Positions 1 to 10,689 of a DNA stretch of 64,000 nucleotides are shown here, one piece after another. Numbering within the stretch: position 1 is the first letter of the stretch; the number at the start of each line of letters is the position of its first letter. This stretch comes from Elusimicrobiota bacterium (GTDB lineage Bacteria; Elusimicrobiota; Elusimicrobia; FEN-1173). The notes under the pieces were generated by a model. It saw only the letters and a list, made by a program, of their open reading frames with translations. It was not told the origin of the DNA and did no database searches. The stretch covers positions 385,728-449,727 of the forward strand of contig JADJJR010000001.1 in the NCBI GenBank assembly GCA_016706425.1, written 5' to 3'. The position numbers and the translations under genes are program-made.

Positions 1-1
1 T

Positions 2-1018
2 TTCGGCATTGCTTGGTACGGGTTCGGACGGTTGGTGCGCTGGTCCGCGGGGGACCCCGCCTGGGACGCCGTCGAAACGGCGGTGTTGGAGCTCGTCGGT
101 ACCGCCCCCGAGACGAAAACATTCAAAATTTTTCCCCGGCGGTCGGCCAAAAATTACCCCGCCCTCTCCGACGCCATCGCCCGCCGTCTGGGCCAGGCGG
201 TGGTGGACAAAACGGGGCTGAAGGTGGATCTCACCCGGCCGGACCTGTCCGTCCACGTGGAGGTGTTGACGCGGGAAATCGCTGTCCTGTCGGACCGGGT
301 CCAGGGTTTGCGGGGCATGCCCCGGGGGTCGGCGGGGGGCGTGCTGTGTCTTTTTTCCGGGGGCATCGACTCGCCGGTGGCGGCCTGGCTCATGATGAAG
401 CGCGGCGCGGTGGTCCACCATCTCCATTTCCACCCCCACCGGTCCTCCCGGGAGGTCTTGGGGACGAAGATCCCCCGGCTCGTCGAAACGCTCAACGCCT
501 TCGGCGCCCCCGGCAAGTTGTACCTGGTGCCGCACGACCGGTACCAGATCGCCGCGTCGTTGGCCGTCCCCACGGAATACGAGACGGTGTTCTTCCGCCG
601 GTTCATGTTCCGGGCCGGGGCGGTGCTGGCCCGCCGGTTGGGGCTCAAGGCGCTCGTCACCGGCGACAGCCTCGGGCAGGTCGCCAGCCAAACCCTCGAA
701 AACTTGACGGCCGTCCAAACGGAGTTGCCTTTGCCCGTGTTCCAGCCCCTCATCGCCATGGACAAGGAGGCCATCATCGAGGTCGCGCAGAAAATCGGCA
801 CCTACGCGCCGTCCATCGAAGCCTACAAGGACTGCTGTTCTTTAATGGCCAAGAAACCCAAAACCAAGGTGGCCACCCCCGTGGTCCGTCGGTTGGAGTC
901 GGAGCTGAGGATGGATCGATTGATTGAGGAGTCGCTGGCTCAGGCGGAAGTTTGGGACGGGCGGGCTCTGACGGCCCTCCCCCCGGCGCGCTCGGGGAGC
1001 GCCGCCCCGGTGATTTAA
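2..1018 (+). CDS. thiI: tRNA 4-thiouridine synthase ThiI, 5'-truncated by the window edge
   Basis: Frame is open from base 2 (FGIAWYG...). THUMP-like N-half, PP-loop LFSGGIDSPVA, TGDSLGQVASQT, PLIAMDKEAII, C-terminal DCC; no rhodanese domain. Confidence 0.93.
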   Translation, partial: FGIAWYGFGRLVRWSAGDPAWDAVETAVLELVGTAPETKTFKIFPRRSAKNYPALSDAIARRLGQAVVDKTGLKVDLTRPDLSVHVEVLTREIAVLSDRVQGLRGMPRGSAGGVLCLFSGGIDSPVAAWLMMKRGAVVHHLHFHPHRSSREVLGTKIPRLVETLNAFGAPGKLYLVPHDRYQIAASLAVPTEYETVFFRRFMFRAGAVLARRLGLKALVTGDSLGQVASQTLENLTAVQTELPLPVFQPLIAMDKEAIIEVAQKIGTYAPSIEAYKDCCSLMAKKPKTKVATPVVRRLESELRMDRLIEESLAQAEVWDGRALTALPPARSGSAAPVI

Positions 1019-1040
1019 CGGGCGGGACCGCCCGGCCGTA

Positions 1041-1601
1041 TCACTCCGGTCCGTGGTTGTCCAGGTGCAAGAAGTACGCCCACCCCGACATGGGATCGTT
1101 GCTCGCGTCATCGGTGAACTGTTTCAAATAGTCCCGAATGGCCGCCATCAACTTCGGCGGGCACCGGACATTGAGGGTCCGCAACGCGTTCGCCAGCGCC
1201 AAGAGAAGGGCCCCCGGAACCGCGTTCACTTCCTCGCTGCCGCCTTTGGAGACGATGCCCAAGAGCTGGCCCCCGCCGTTCATCTCCGTTCCCCTCCGCA
1301 GGGTCAATATGTCTTGGTGGGAATCGTTTTTCATGTCGGCCAAGGCCGTGAAGGGAATGACGGCGACATTCCCAAAGCGGGGGTCCAGGCTGACTTTCCG
1401 GTACAAACTCGGCCCGTCCTCGCCGGGCAGATGGTAATCCAAAACAATGATGTCCGGGGGGGGGGCCTTGTTCAGGTGGTCCCAGGCGTCCTCCGCCGAC
1501 GGAACAACGTGTGTCCGGAAATCAAGCGCGCCCAAGTCGCGCGTGAGCGCGGACTGCGTGACGGCGTTGTCTTCGACGATGAGCACGAACGGTGGCGTCA
1601 T
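1041..1601 (-). CDS. Response regulator receiver protein with C-terminal extension
   Basis: VLIVEDN, IIVLDYHLPGEDG (phospho-acceptor Asp), VIPFTA. Confidence 0.8.
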   Translation of the reverse strand: MTPPFVLIVEDNAVTQSALTRDLGALDFRTHVVPSAEDAWDHLNKAPPPDIIVLDYHLPGEDGPSLYRKVSLDPRFGNVAVIPFTALADMKNDSHQDILTLRRGTEMNGGGQLLGIVSKGGSEEVNAVPGALLLALANALRTLNVRCPPKLMAAIRDYLKQFTDDASNDPMSGWAYFLHLDNHGPE

Positions 1602-1718
1602 TCCGACCCCTGGGCGGTTTGGCGCCGGAGGGAATCCGGCGCGGCCCCGCGCTCCCTAAGGTTAGATGGGAAGGCGGATTAATTCAAGGGGGCGGCGTCG
1701 CGTGGGCGCCGGACCCGT

Positions 1719-2513
1719 TCAGTTTTTCGTTTTGTCGGCCAAGTTCCCGAGGAACTTGATCAACTCGACCGGCAGCGGGAAGAAAAAGGTGGAGGTTCGA
1801 TCGGAGCTGATTTCCTTGGCGGTTTGGAGGAAACGCAGTTGCAGGGCGGCCGGTTCGGACGCGATGATCCGGGCCGCTTCGGAAAGCTTTTGGGCCGCTT
1901 GAAACTCGCCCTCGGCGGCGATGATTTTCGCCCGGCGGTCCCGTTCCGCTTCGGCCTGGTGCGCCATGGCGCGCTGCATTTGTTCGGGCACCTGAACGTC
2001 CTTCACTTCCACGATCGACACTTTGATGCCCCAGGGGTCGGTTTGCTGGTCGATGATTTGCTGCAATTTGGAATTGATTTTCTCCCGGTGGGAGAGGACT
2101 TCATCGAAGTCGACCTGCCCGAGCACGCTCCGGAGGGAGGTCTGGGCGATCTGGCTGGTCGCCATGATGTAATTCTGGACTTCGATCACCGCCCGCTGTG
2201 GATCGATCACCTTGAAATAACAGACCGCGTTCACTTTGCAGGGGACGTTGTCTTTGGTGATGACTTCCTGGACGGGGACGTCCATGGTGATGGTTTGCAG
2301 ATTGACGCGGATCAGTTTGTCGATGAAAGGCACCAAGATCACCAGGCCGGGGCCGTTGCCGTTCCCCCCGATGTTCACGAGGGCGCGGGTCGTTTTCCCC
2401 AGACGGAAAATTACGCACCGTTCGTATTCGTTCAAAACCTTGGCGGTGTTCGCGATAAAAACCAAAACCACGATCAGAAGAAAAACGACGGTTCCAAATC
2501 CCAAGCCGAACAT
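1719..2513 (-). CDS. SPFH/stomatin (slipin) family membrane protein
   Basis: N-terminal TM helix, [52 protein letters not shown]. Confidence 0.93.
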   Translation of the reverse strand: MFGLGFGTVVFLLIVVLVFIANTAKVLNEYERCVIFRLGKTTRALVNIGGNGNGPGLVILVPFIDKLIRVNLQTITMDVPVQEVITKDNVPCKVNAVCYFKVIDPQRAVIEVQNYIMATSQIAQTSLRSVLGQVDFDEVLSHREKINSKLQQIIDQQTDPWGIKVSIVEVKDVQVPEQMQRAMAHQAEAERDRRAKIIAAEGEFQAAQKLSEAARIIASEPAALQLRFLQTAKEISSDRTSTFFFPLPVELIKFLGNLADKTKN

Positions 2514-2523
2514 GCGAGCCTCC

Positions 2524-3846
2524 CTAACCGATTTTTTGAACTTTCAACCGCGTCCCCAAAACCTGCAAAACGGTGACGTTCGCTCCCCGGGGGAGGCCCT
2601 CGGCCCCCTCGGCCGTCCAAAGGGCGCCGTTGAGAAAAACGAGCCCCTCTTCGCGCACCTCGGCGGTTTGTCCGACGAGGCTCTCCGCGCCGCTCACGGG
2701 CCGCGCCTTGCGGATGTCGAATATCTTTTTGAGGAGAAAACCGAAGAAGCCGCCCGAAACGGCCAGGGCGGCGACGATCAATTCCAACGACACCCGGGCG
2801 CCCGAGGGGCCCCGGTCGAAAAGCATGAACGAGCCGAGCGCGAAGGAAATGAGCCCGCCGAAAATGAGCAGGCCGTGGGACGACACGATGACGTCAACGG
2901 CCATCATTATCAAACCGGCGATCAGGAGCGTCAGGCCCGCGAAATTGAGGGGAAGGACTTGGAGGGCGAAGAACGCCAACGTCAAACAGATGACGCCGGC
3001 GATGGCGCCCAGCCCGATGCCGGGCGTTGAAAACTCGTAGACCAGGGCGTAAAAACCCAAAACGAGAAGTATGTAGGCCAAATTGGGGTGGGCCAGGGTG
3101 TGCAGCCAACGGCGGACGAGATTCATGGCGAAATTGACGCGGGGGGCGACGGCGAGATCGAGGGTCCAGGCCGCCCCGTTTTTTTTGATCTCCCGCGTTT
3201 TCAACGCGGCGAACAGCGCGGCCTCATCGGCGACCACCAAATCGATGACTTTGTTTTTGAGGGCTTCGTCCGACGTTTGGGAAACGCTTTCGCGAACGGC
3301 CCGTTCGACCCAGTCGGCGTTCCGCCCCTTGGCGGAGGCCAGGGCGCGCGCGTAGGCCGCGGCGTCGGAGACCATTTTTTCCTCCAGGGCCGACGCGTTG
3401 CCGTCTTTTTTCCCGTCCGCGTTATCGTTTTTGGACTTTTGAGGAACCCCGGGGGTCCCGCCCCCCAGTTGGACCGGGTGCGCCGCGCCCAGGTGGGTCA
3501 AAGGCGCCATGGCCGCAACGTCGGCCGCCATGGTGATGAACACCCCGGCCGAGGCGGCGCGCGCCCCCGAGGGGGCGACGTAAACGATGACGGGGAGGGG
3601 GGCGTTGACGATGCCTTGAACAATGTCCCGGGTGGCGTCCAGGAGGCCCCCCGGCGTGTCCAGCCGAATCAAGACCGCCTGGGCGGAGAGTTCCCGGGCC
3701 TGTTCGAGGCCATCCAAAACATAGTTTTTAACCACGGGGTCGATCACCCCGTTGACGGTCATCACGAACAGGGGTTTCGCCGCCGGCGGTTCCGCGAAGA
3801 CGGGGAGACTTCCCCAAAGGAGCGCAAAGATTAGCTTTCGAAGCAC
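2524..3846 (-). CDS. nfeD: NfeD family ClpP-class membrane-bound serine protease
   Basis: [24 protein letters not shown] block, C-terminal OB fold (GALWTA); directly upstream of the stomatin gene, the usual pairing. Confidence 0.92.
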   Translation of the reverse strand: MLRKLIFALLWGSLPVFAEPPAAKPLFVMTVNGVIDPVVKNYVLDGLEQARELSAQAVLIRLDTPGGLLDATRDIVQGIVNAPLPVIVYVAPSGARAASAGVFITMAADVAAMAPLTHLGAAHPVQLGGGTPGVPQKSKNDNADGKKDGNASALEEKMVSDAAAYARALASAKGRNADWVERAVRESVSQTSDEALKNKVIDLVVADEAALFAALKTREIKKNGAAWTLDLAVAPRVNFAMNLVRRWLHTLAHPNLAYILLVLGFYALVYEFSTPGIGLGAIAGVICLTLAFFALQVLPLNFAGLTLLIAGLIMMAVDVIVSSHGLLIFGGLISFALGSFMLFDRGPSGARVSLELIVAALAVSGGFFGFLLKKIFDIRKARPVSGAESLVGQTAEVREEGLVFLNGALWTAEGAEGLPRGANVTVLQVLGTRLKVQKIG

Positions 3847-3902
3847 TTGGGGATTATAGCAATTGCGGGGCCCGTGCCCGGGAGCCGACGGGAGGGAACC
3901 CG

Positions 3903-5429
3903 TTAATACGAAACGAGATCCGGCGCCAAGCCGAATTTGAGAATGAAATTGATGTACGTCATGCGGATGGGGTCCGAGGCGGTCACCGGACGGGCCAAGG
4001 CCGCCGATCGGATCGCGTTCAACCGCTGATGGGGTTTCAGCCAGGCCCAGCCGATCTCAACAATGGCGTTCTCGGAATTGGCGAACCTCAATTCCAAATC
4101 GATTTCGTCCATAATGCGGCTGCCCAAACCGTCGTTGGGTGTCTTCTCGGCGCGGGCTTCGAAGTAGTCGCCTTTAAAGGTCAATCGATTCCCCCAAAGG
4201 GGCGGCGTGTAATGAACGCCGATGTTAAAAAGGCGCAGACCAAAATCGCCGATGGTGGAGGTGTCCAATCCCGGGCCGATGCCCAGGTTGGCGTTGTCGT
4301 GGTAGATCTTCCCGTAGCGGAAATCCGATCCCGGGAGCCCCCCGTTGGCGCCGCCGTTGGACAGACCCAAAGTGGAAAAATCGCGAAACCCGTCGATGTC
4401 GTTGTCTTGCGGGTCCCCGTCCCCGGAGGCGATCGCGTACAGGGTGTGGGCTTGGAGGACGGCCCGCCAATCGTAACTGGCCTTCACCAACGACGCGGTT
4501 CCCCGGTAGCGCCGGGAAACCCCGGTGGAGGTGCTGATGGCAACGCCGTTAATGTCGTAGAGGGTTTCCCGGTTTTGGCCGGCGTTCAGCGCGAACTCCG
4601 CCGAGAGGGCCAGCACGTCGGTTCCCCAGGGCATGGGGACAAAGAATTTCGCCCGGGTGTCGATGATGTCGATGACGTTGGCGTCGTCGCTACGAGCCGC
4701 GTTTTTGTCGATGCCCCGGTAAAGGCCGAGCTCCAACTCCGTCTTAAAGACGGATTGCTTGAACTGTTGATCGGAGTTGAGGAGGGCGTAGAAGAGATTG
4801 ACGTCCCCGGCGTTGGTTCCTTCGTCGGCCTCCGTGGATCCGTCGCCGCCGATCCCCGGTTGGGGGATGCTGTCCTGCTCCACGCCCTTGGCGAAAACAA
4901 GCTGCGCCTGCACGCGGCCGAGATTCTCCTTGACGGTGACCCCCTGCAGGGATCGGACGGACATGACGTTGTCGTTGACCGGTCCGTAGTACACGAGCAA
5001 GTCGCCCGGACGGCCCGCGTATTGGCGGCCGAGGCGAATTAAATCGATTCCCCCGAACCCGGTGATGTCGAAATAGGCGTTCGTGATGAAAAAATTGGAC
5101 AGTTCGGCGTTGACGTCCGTGGGGGGTTTGCCGAATTGGGCGTTGGAGTTCAGTGCGGAACCGATGCGGGGGGCGCGCACGAATTCCACGCGCCCGGCGA
5201 TTTCCTTGGCGAGGGTGGCGTCCAACCCAAGACGGGTTCGCGTGAGGGTTTGTTGGCGGTCGTCCGCGAGGGCGGAATCAAAATCCTGTTCGTTGGCCGC
5301 GCGTTCGCCTCGGAACTCAAAGGACCCGTAAGGCCGCAGGTGGAAGGAATCCAGAAGCGACGCTCCCCGCGTTGCCGTCGGAGCGATCCCCCCCGTTAAA
5401 ACCACCAACAACATCCAATATTTTTTCAT
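3903..5429 (-). CDS. Outer-membrane beta-barrel protein, alginate-export (AlgE)-like
   Basis: Signal peptide, RTRLGL, amphipathic strands, LIRLGRQ, EIDLELRF, YINFILKF near the C-terminus. Confidence 0.6.
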   Translation of the reverse strand: MKKYWMLLVVLTGGIAPTATRGASLLDSFHLRPYGSFEFRGERAANEQDFDSALADDRQQTLTRTRLGLDATLAKEIAGRVEFVRAPRIGSALNSNAQFGKPPTDVNAELSNFFITNAYFDITGFGGIDLIRLGRQYAGRPGDLLVYYGPVNDNVMSVRSLQGVTVKENLGRVQAQLVFAKGVEQDSIPQPGIGGDGSTEADEGTNAGDVNLFYALLNSDQQFKQSVFKTELELGLYRGIDKNAARSDDANVIDIIDTRAKFFVPMPWGTDVLALSAEFALNAGQNRETLYDINGVAISTSTGVSRRYRGTASLVKASYDWRAVLQAHTLYAIASGDGDPQDNDIDGFRDFSTLGLSNGGANGGLPGSDFRYGKIYHDNANLGIGPGLDTSTIGDFGLRLFNIGVHYTPPLWGNRLTFKGDYFEARAEKTPNDGLGSRIMDEIDLELRFANSENAIVEIGWAWLKPHQRLNAIRSAALARPVTASDPIRMTYINFILKFGLAPDLVSY

Positions 5430-5499
5430 AGGACTCCCCGTTGATGTGTATCGGGCGGCCGGGATTGTTCAGCCGATCCCGCGCTGCGTTGTCGCGATT

Positions 5500-5591
5500 A
5501 ATATGCGTCCAATCCGGTTGTTTGTCAACAGGGTCCTCAACCGGGCGGGTTTCGACTGCCCCTTGTCAAACCGGTGTTTGTCGCTTATATA
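5500..5591. promoter_or_regulatory. Candidate divergent sigma70-type promoters
   Basis: Minus strand: TTGACA (5523-5528), 17 bp, CATATT (5500-5505). Plus strand: TTGTCA (5563-5568), 17 bp, TATATA (5586-5591). Confidence 0.4.
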
Positions 5592-5644
5592 AGATACAGT
5601 CGGAGCTAAATAGTTACCGACACTTTCGGAACGGAGGCGCGCGA

Positions 5645-5995
5645 GTGAAAATATTAATCATCGCGGGGATGGCGGTGGTCGGCTTGATCGGCGGCGTGTG
5701 CGCCGAGGAAGGACAAAAACTTTACCAGGCGAAATGCCAGGCCTGCCACGGACCGGCGGGGAAAGGCAACCCCGCGCTGAAAAAAGTTTACGGTCCGGGG
5801 ATTGATATCGCCGACGCGGACACCCAGCTCCGGGACGATGCCGACATGAAGAAAATCATCCAATTCGGCGCGGTCAAGGGGATGATGCCGGCTTACCGGG
5901 GACGTTTAAAAGACGAACAAATCACGGCGATCATCGCGCACGTTCGGTCCTTGAGCGCGTCCGATTCAGGAGGCCCCTCCCTGGCCGACGAATGA
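5645..5995 (+). CDS. Monoheme c-type cytochrome
   Basis: Likely GTG start at 5645, signal peptide, CQACH heme motif, MMPAY (axial Met), LKDEQITAIIAHVR. Confidence 0.88.
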   Translation: MKILIIAGMAVVGLIGGVCAEEGQKLYQAKCQACHGPAGKGNPALKKVYGPGIDIADADTQLRDDADMKKIIQFGAVKGMMPAYRGRLKDEQITAIIAHVRSLSASDSGGPSLADE

Positions 5996-6176
5996 TCCTC
6001 CCCGGATCGTTTTTCACCGCTCCGCCGCGTTGACGGTTCGCGTCGGCGTTCGGTCTTCACAACCACCGGAAAAAACTTTTCTCCAGTTCCCCCCGTTGTC
6101 CGTCGATCCCCTTTGGAACGGATCGCGGCATCGGGGTTTTTTTGTTTCCCCCGGGCTGCGTTGTGTCCGGGGGGGG

Positions 6177-9100
6177 TTACGGATTGGCGGTGAGGGTGAC
6201 GGTGAGGTCTTGTGTTGCCTCGGTGTCGGAGGCGGCGGGCATGTCGAGTCGGAACCAGAGAAAGCGGTTCTGGCCTGGGGAAACGGCCGAACCGGTTTGG
6301 GAACCGTCGATGGAGAAGACGGCGCCGGAGGCGAAGGCGGGGGAGCCGGTGACGACGTCCTCGGCGGCGAACCCGCCCAGCGCCGGACGGGCGGGGTGGA
6401 AGCCCGCCGAAAGGACCGCGATGTTGGCCGCGGTCGGCAGGGCGGCGCCGATGGCCCAGGGGGAGCCCGGGGTCGAAGTGGCCACGGAGAGGGAGTAGGT
6501 GCTGGTGACGTTGCCGTCGTTGAGAACGGTGACGGCGGTGGCGGTGTGGGAACTGGAGCCCACGGCCAAAAGCCCGAAGAGGTAGGGCGAGCCGGCGGTG
6601 ACGGAGACGGAGCGGTTGAGGAGCGCGGGGACGGCGCTGGCGGTGTTGGAAATGAGGGACCATTCGCCGACGTCGTCGACGCTCCAGAGAACGATGAAAT
6701 ACGTGTCGTTGGTGGGGACGGTCACGGTGGTCGATTGGGCGGTTCCCACGACGGCGGTGGTGGCGATGGTGACGGTGGTGGCGCCGGAGGGGGTGGTGGC
6801 GGTGCTCCAGACGGTGGCGGCGATTGTGGAATATTGGATTCGGTACTGGCCGACGAGGTTGTTGTAAACGAAGTCGTCGCCGGGGGCGGTCCAGGACAGG
6901 TTGATTTCGCCGGGCCCGCCGCCCGCGGCCGCGGACAGCGTGGACGACGAAGGCCCCACCCCCGTCCACAACGTCGACGTGGCCACGGACAACGCCGTGT
7001 AAGCGCTTTCCAGGCCGCCCGCGTCGACGGTTTTGACGCGGAAATAATATGTGGTGTCGGTTTGAAGCCCGAAATTCGCCGATGGCGAACGCCAGGGTTC
7101 GGTGGAAGTGAGGATCGCGCCGTATTTCGTGCCGCCGTCGTAGGTTTTGGGCGGGTCAAAGGCCCCCTCGGAGACGGCGGGGACCATCGTGGGAACGGTG
7201 GCTATCTGTAAATAATAGCTTAGCCCCGGTTCGGGGGTCGCTCCCGGGGCGTTGTCCGTTCCCTCGTTCCACATGAAGGTTCCCGTGGAGGCGGCGGTGG
7301 GGGAAAAGACGAAGGCGGTTTTAAGGACCGTGGGCGGGTTGGGGGCCACGTTGGCCACCGTTGAAAGGTTCCTGTAGACGCGGAGCTGGTTGTTCCCAGC
7401 GGTGTCCCGTCCCGTCACCACGAAATCCAGGTCGCCGTCGGCGTCGTAATCCCCCACGTCCAGGGAACCCAGGTAAAGATCCTCCGCCGCGGTGGGTTCC
7501 ACTTCAACGCGGGTGAAGGCCCCTCCCCCCGTGTTGATGTAGGCTCGTATTTCAGCCACCCCGCCCGCGGTCGCGCCCGTTAACCCGTGGACGAAGATGT
7601 CCAAATCGCCGTCGTTGTCGATGTCGCCCCATTGGGCCCCGCCCCGCGAATGCCCGCCGCCGGCCCCGTTGACTTCGATTTGGGTCGCGTTGAAAGTGCC
7701 GTTCCCGTTGTTTCGGTAAACGCGCAATTCCCGGCTGGCGGTGGTCGTTCCGGGCACCCCTTGGACCACAATGTCGAGATCGCCGTCGGCGTCGAAATCC
7801 CCCCAGTGGGCGCAATGTTTCCCGTTGTAGCCGTCGATGCCCTGGCCGGGATCCACGTTGATTTCGTTGGGATCGATGGTCCCGTTGCCGTTGTTCCGGT
7901 AAACATGGATGCGGCTGTCCGTCCCGGCTCCGGTCCACCCTTGAACAAGGATGTCCTGGTCTCCGTCCCCGTCGAAATCCCCCCAGTCCACGATCCCGTC
8001 GCGCAAGCCGCCGCCGGCCCCGTCGACTTCGATTTGGGCGGTGTCGAAGGTCCCGTTGCCGTTGTTGCGGTAGACGCGAATTTGCCGCGCGGAAGCGGCG
8101 TCGATGCCCCCGGCCAAGATGTCCAAGTCCCCGTCGTTGTCCAGGTCCCCCCAATTCACGTCCCCTTGGGTCAACCCGCCGTTCAGGCCGTCAATCTCGA
8201 TTTGGCCGGGATTGAAGGTGCCGTTGCCGTTGTTGCGATACACCCGCAATTGGGCCGAAGCCGCCGCGCCGCTGGTCAACGCCCCCGACGCGAGGACATC
8301 CAAATCACCGTCCCCGTCGAAATCCCCCCAATCGACGCCGCCGTCGCAAAGGCCGCCGCCGGCCCCGTCAATCTCGATTTGATTGGCGTCGAAAGACCCG
8401 TCCCCGTTGTTTCGATACACCCGCAATTGACACGCGCCGCCCCCCAAGCCGCTGGCCAAAATATCCAAGTCCCCGTCGTTGTCGAAATCCCCCCAAGACA
8501 CACCGCCCGCCTGGAGGCCGCCGGCCGCCCCGTCGATCTCCGATTGCGTGGGGGAAAAATACAGGGGGGGGGGAACCGCGCTCGCCGTGTTGGAAATCGG
8601 GGACGTCAGGCCGACGTCGTCGACGGTCCACAAAACGAAATACCACGTGCCGTTGTCGGGGACCGCGATGCCGGTGCTGACGGCCACCCCGGGGGCGATG
8701 GACGTCGCGGTGGTCAGGGTGTAGGCCCCGGCCGGCGTCGACGCGGGGTTCCAAACCGTGGCGGGGTTGGTGGCGTATTGGATGATGTAGCTGCCCGTCA
8801 GGGTCCCGGCGGTGAGGTCGTCGCCGACGGAAGTCCAGGACACGGTCACGTTGCCGCCCCCGGCGCCCGGGGCGGCGCTGATGGCCGACGCGGCGGGGGC
8901 GACGCCCGTCCACAGGGTCGACGAAGCGCTGGGCGCGCTCTCCAAAAGGCCCGCGTCGACGGTCCGGACCCGGAAATAGTAGGTCGTGTCGGTGCGAAGG
9001 CCCGGGTGGGCCAGGGCGGGGGCCCAGGGCGCGGTCGACTTCAACAGCACGCCGTGGCGGGTGTTCCCATCGAAAATCAACGGGGGCCGATCGTAGTTCC

Positions 9101-10598
9101 CCCGGCGGGGCGTCGCCCGGCTGTGGGGGGCCACGGTGTCGGGTGTGAAGGCCGCGAGGGTTGAAATTTCGATGTCGTAGTCCAACAGGCCGGGGGGGGT
9201 CGGGTTCGCCCCGAGGTCGGCGGCGGGGGCCCATTTGAACGTGGCCGTGGAGGATCCGGTGAGACTGAAACTGAAGGTCGAAGAAAGAACGGCGGGCGCG
9301 CCGGGGGCCGTTCCGGTGGTGATGTTGTTTTGATACACCCGCATGCGGCGGACGGCGGCGTTGTCGACGCCCGTGATGAAAAGGTCGATCCCCGTTGTGT
9401 TGTTGTAATCCGCCCAGGCCAGGTCGCCGTTTTGGAGCCCCAGGTTGACGGCGCTCTCCACGTTGAATTGCGTGAAGCCGAACCCGCCGTTGTTGCGGTA
9501 GACCCAGATCTCCACGTTGCCGGTGGCCGGCCGCAGGCCGACGACGGCGATATCCAAATCCCCGTCCGCGTCGGAATCGCCCACCGCCAACGCGCCGTTA
9601 CGGACCCCGAGGTTGGCCGCGCCCGGTATGTTGAAGGCGGTAAAGGTGTTGTTCCCGTTGTTGCGGTAAGCGCGCAATTGGGCGTTCGCGTTGTCAAACC
9701 CCATGGCAACGACGTCCAGCCATCCGTCGGCGTTCAGGTCCCCGAACGCCACGTCACCGTCTTGGAACCCGCCCACGCCCCCGGTCACGTCGAGGGGGCC
9801 GGTAAAACCGCCGTTGCCGTTGTTGGTGTAAATGTGAACCTGTCGGCCCGCCCCGTTTTGTCCGGACACCAACACGTCCAGATCCCCGTCGTTGTCGGGG
9901 TCGCCCCAAGCCACGGAACTGCGGGCGGCGTACCCGTTTCCGGCGCCGGCGACTTCCACCTGAGTCGGGTCGAAGGTGGCGTTTCCGTTGTTCCGGTAGA
10001 CGCGCAGTTGACGGGCCCCGGCGGAATCCTGGCCGCTGACCAAAAGATCCAGGTCGCCGTCGTTGTCGAAATCCCCCAGGGCGGGTTTCCCCAGGTCCAA
10101 CCCGCCGCCCGCTCCTCCGTCGATATCGATTTGCGTAAACGCGAGCGCCCCGTTGTTGCGGGCCACGAGGATGTGGCGTGTGGCCGCGGCCCCCCGATTG
10201 CCGCACAGGACGATGTCCAAATCCCCGTCCCCGTCCAGGTCGCCCAGGGCGAGGCCCCCGTCCTCCAGACCCGTGCTGCCGGCCCCCAGAACGTTCGTGG
10301 GGTTGTTGGCGATGGTGTACGTGGGCGCCGCCCCGACGGTGTAAACGCTGAGGCGGCGGTTGCCGCCCGAATCGTTGCCGCTGACGACGAGGTCCAAATC
10401 GCCGTCGTTGTCCATGTCCCCCCAGGCGGTCCCCCCTTCCGTCAGCCGGTCCGCGGCGGTGTTTTCAAAATTCAATTCAACGGCGTTGTAAGGAAGAGCG
10501 AAAGCCCCGCGCGCCAAGAAAAAGCCGGCCCCGGCGAGGAACAAGACGCGACGGAACGCACCGCCGCGGGCGATGGGAAGGGGGGGGGTGTCTGTCAT
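6177..10598 (-). CDS. 1473-aa secreted FG-GAP/VCBS repeat protein: two 7-repeat propellers, four FN3-like domains, C-terminal pilin-like domain (putative tip adhesin)
   Basis: Signal peptide ending AFA; 14 xGDxDxDGDLD-type repeats in two blocks of 7; YYFRVxTVDAG and SWTxxGDD FN3-like units; last approx. 145 aa align with the 187-aa ORF at 20995. Confidence 0.85.
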   Translation of the reverse strand: MTDTPPLPIARGGAFRRVLFLAGAGFFLARGAFALPYNAVELNFENTAADRLTEGGTAWGDMDNDGDLDLVVSGNDSGGNRRLSVYTVGAAPTYTIANNPTNVLGAGSTGLEDGGLALGDLDGDGDLDIVLCGNRGAAATRHILVARNNGALAFTQIDIDGGAGGGLDLGKPALGDFDNDGDLDLLVSGQDSAGARQLRVYRNNGNATFDPTQVEVAGAGNGYAARSSVAWGDPDNDGDLDVLVSGQNGAGRQVHIYTNNGNGGFTGPLDVTGGVGGFQDGDVAFGDLNADGWLDVVAMGFDNANAQLRAYRNNGNNTFTAFNIPGAANLGVRNGALAVGDSDADGDLDIAVVGLRPATGNVEIWVYRNNGGFGFTQFNVESAVNLGLQNGDLAWADYNNTTGIDLFITGVDNAAVRRMRVYQNNITTGTAPGAPAVLSSTFSFSLTGSSTATFKWAPAADLGANPTPPGLLDYDIEISTLAAFTPDTVAPHSRATPRRGNYDRPPLIFDGNTRHGVLLKSTAPWAPALAHPGLRTDTTYYFRVRTVDAGLLESAPSASSTLWTGVAPAASAISAAPGAGGGNVTVSWTSVGDDLTAGTLTGSYIIQYATNPATVWNPASTPAGAYTLTTATSIAPGVAVSTGIAVPDNGTWYFVLWTVDDVGLTSPISNTASAVPPPLYFSPTQSEIDGAAGGLQAGGVSWGDFDNDGDLDILASGLGGGACQLRVYRNNGDGSFDANQIEIDGAGGGLCDGGVDWGDFDGDGDLDVLASGALTSGAAASAQLRVYRNNGNGTFNPGQIEIDGLNGGLTQGDVNWGDLDNDGDLDILAGGIDAASARQIRVYRNNGNGTFDTAQIEVDGAGGGLRDGIVDWGDFDGDGDQDILVQGWTGAGTDSRIHVYRNNGNGTIDPNEINVDPGQGIDGYNGKHCAHWGDFDADGDLDIVVQGVPGTTTASRELRVYRNNGNGTFNATQIEVNGAGGGHSRGGAQWGDIDNDGDLDIFVHGLTGATAGGVAEIRAYINTGGGAFTRVEVEPTAAEDLYLGSLDVGDYDADGDLDFVVTGRDTAGNNQLRVYRNLSTVANVAPNPPTVLKTAFVFSPTAASTGTFMWNEGTDNAPGATPEPGLSYYLQIATVPTMVPAVSEGAFDPPKTYDGGTKYGAILTSTEPWRSPSANFGLQTDTTYYFRVKTVDAGGLESAYTALSVATSTLWTGVGPSSSTLSAAAGGGPGEINLSWTAPGDDFVYNNLVGQYRIQYSTIAATVWSTATTPSGATTVTIATTAVVGTAQSTTVTVPTNDTYFIVLWSVDDVGEWSLISNTASAVPALLNRSVSVTAGSPYLFGLLAVGSSSHTATAVTVLNDGNVTSTYSLSVATSTPGSPWAIGAALPTAANIAVLSAGFHPARPALGGFAAEDVVTGSPAFASGAVFSIDGSQTGSAVSPGQNRFLWFRLDMPAASDTEATQDLTVTLTANP

Positions 10599-10689
10599 CC
10601 GGCTTTAAGCATAGCTTAGTTGGGGATTTTTTCAACACCCATTATGGGGGGGCCCCCGCCGATGGGGGGGGCTGGTTTTGGGGTTGGGG

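Noticed and set aside
1622-1642. Perfect 8-bp hairpin GCGCCGGA/TCCGGCGC
   Set aside because: No U tract on either strand; such stems arise by chance at this GC content.
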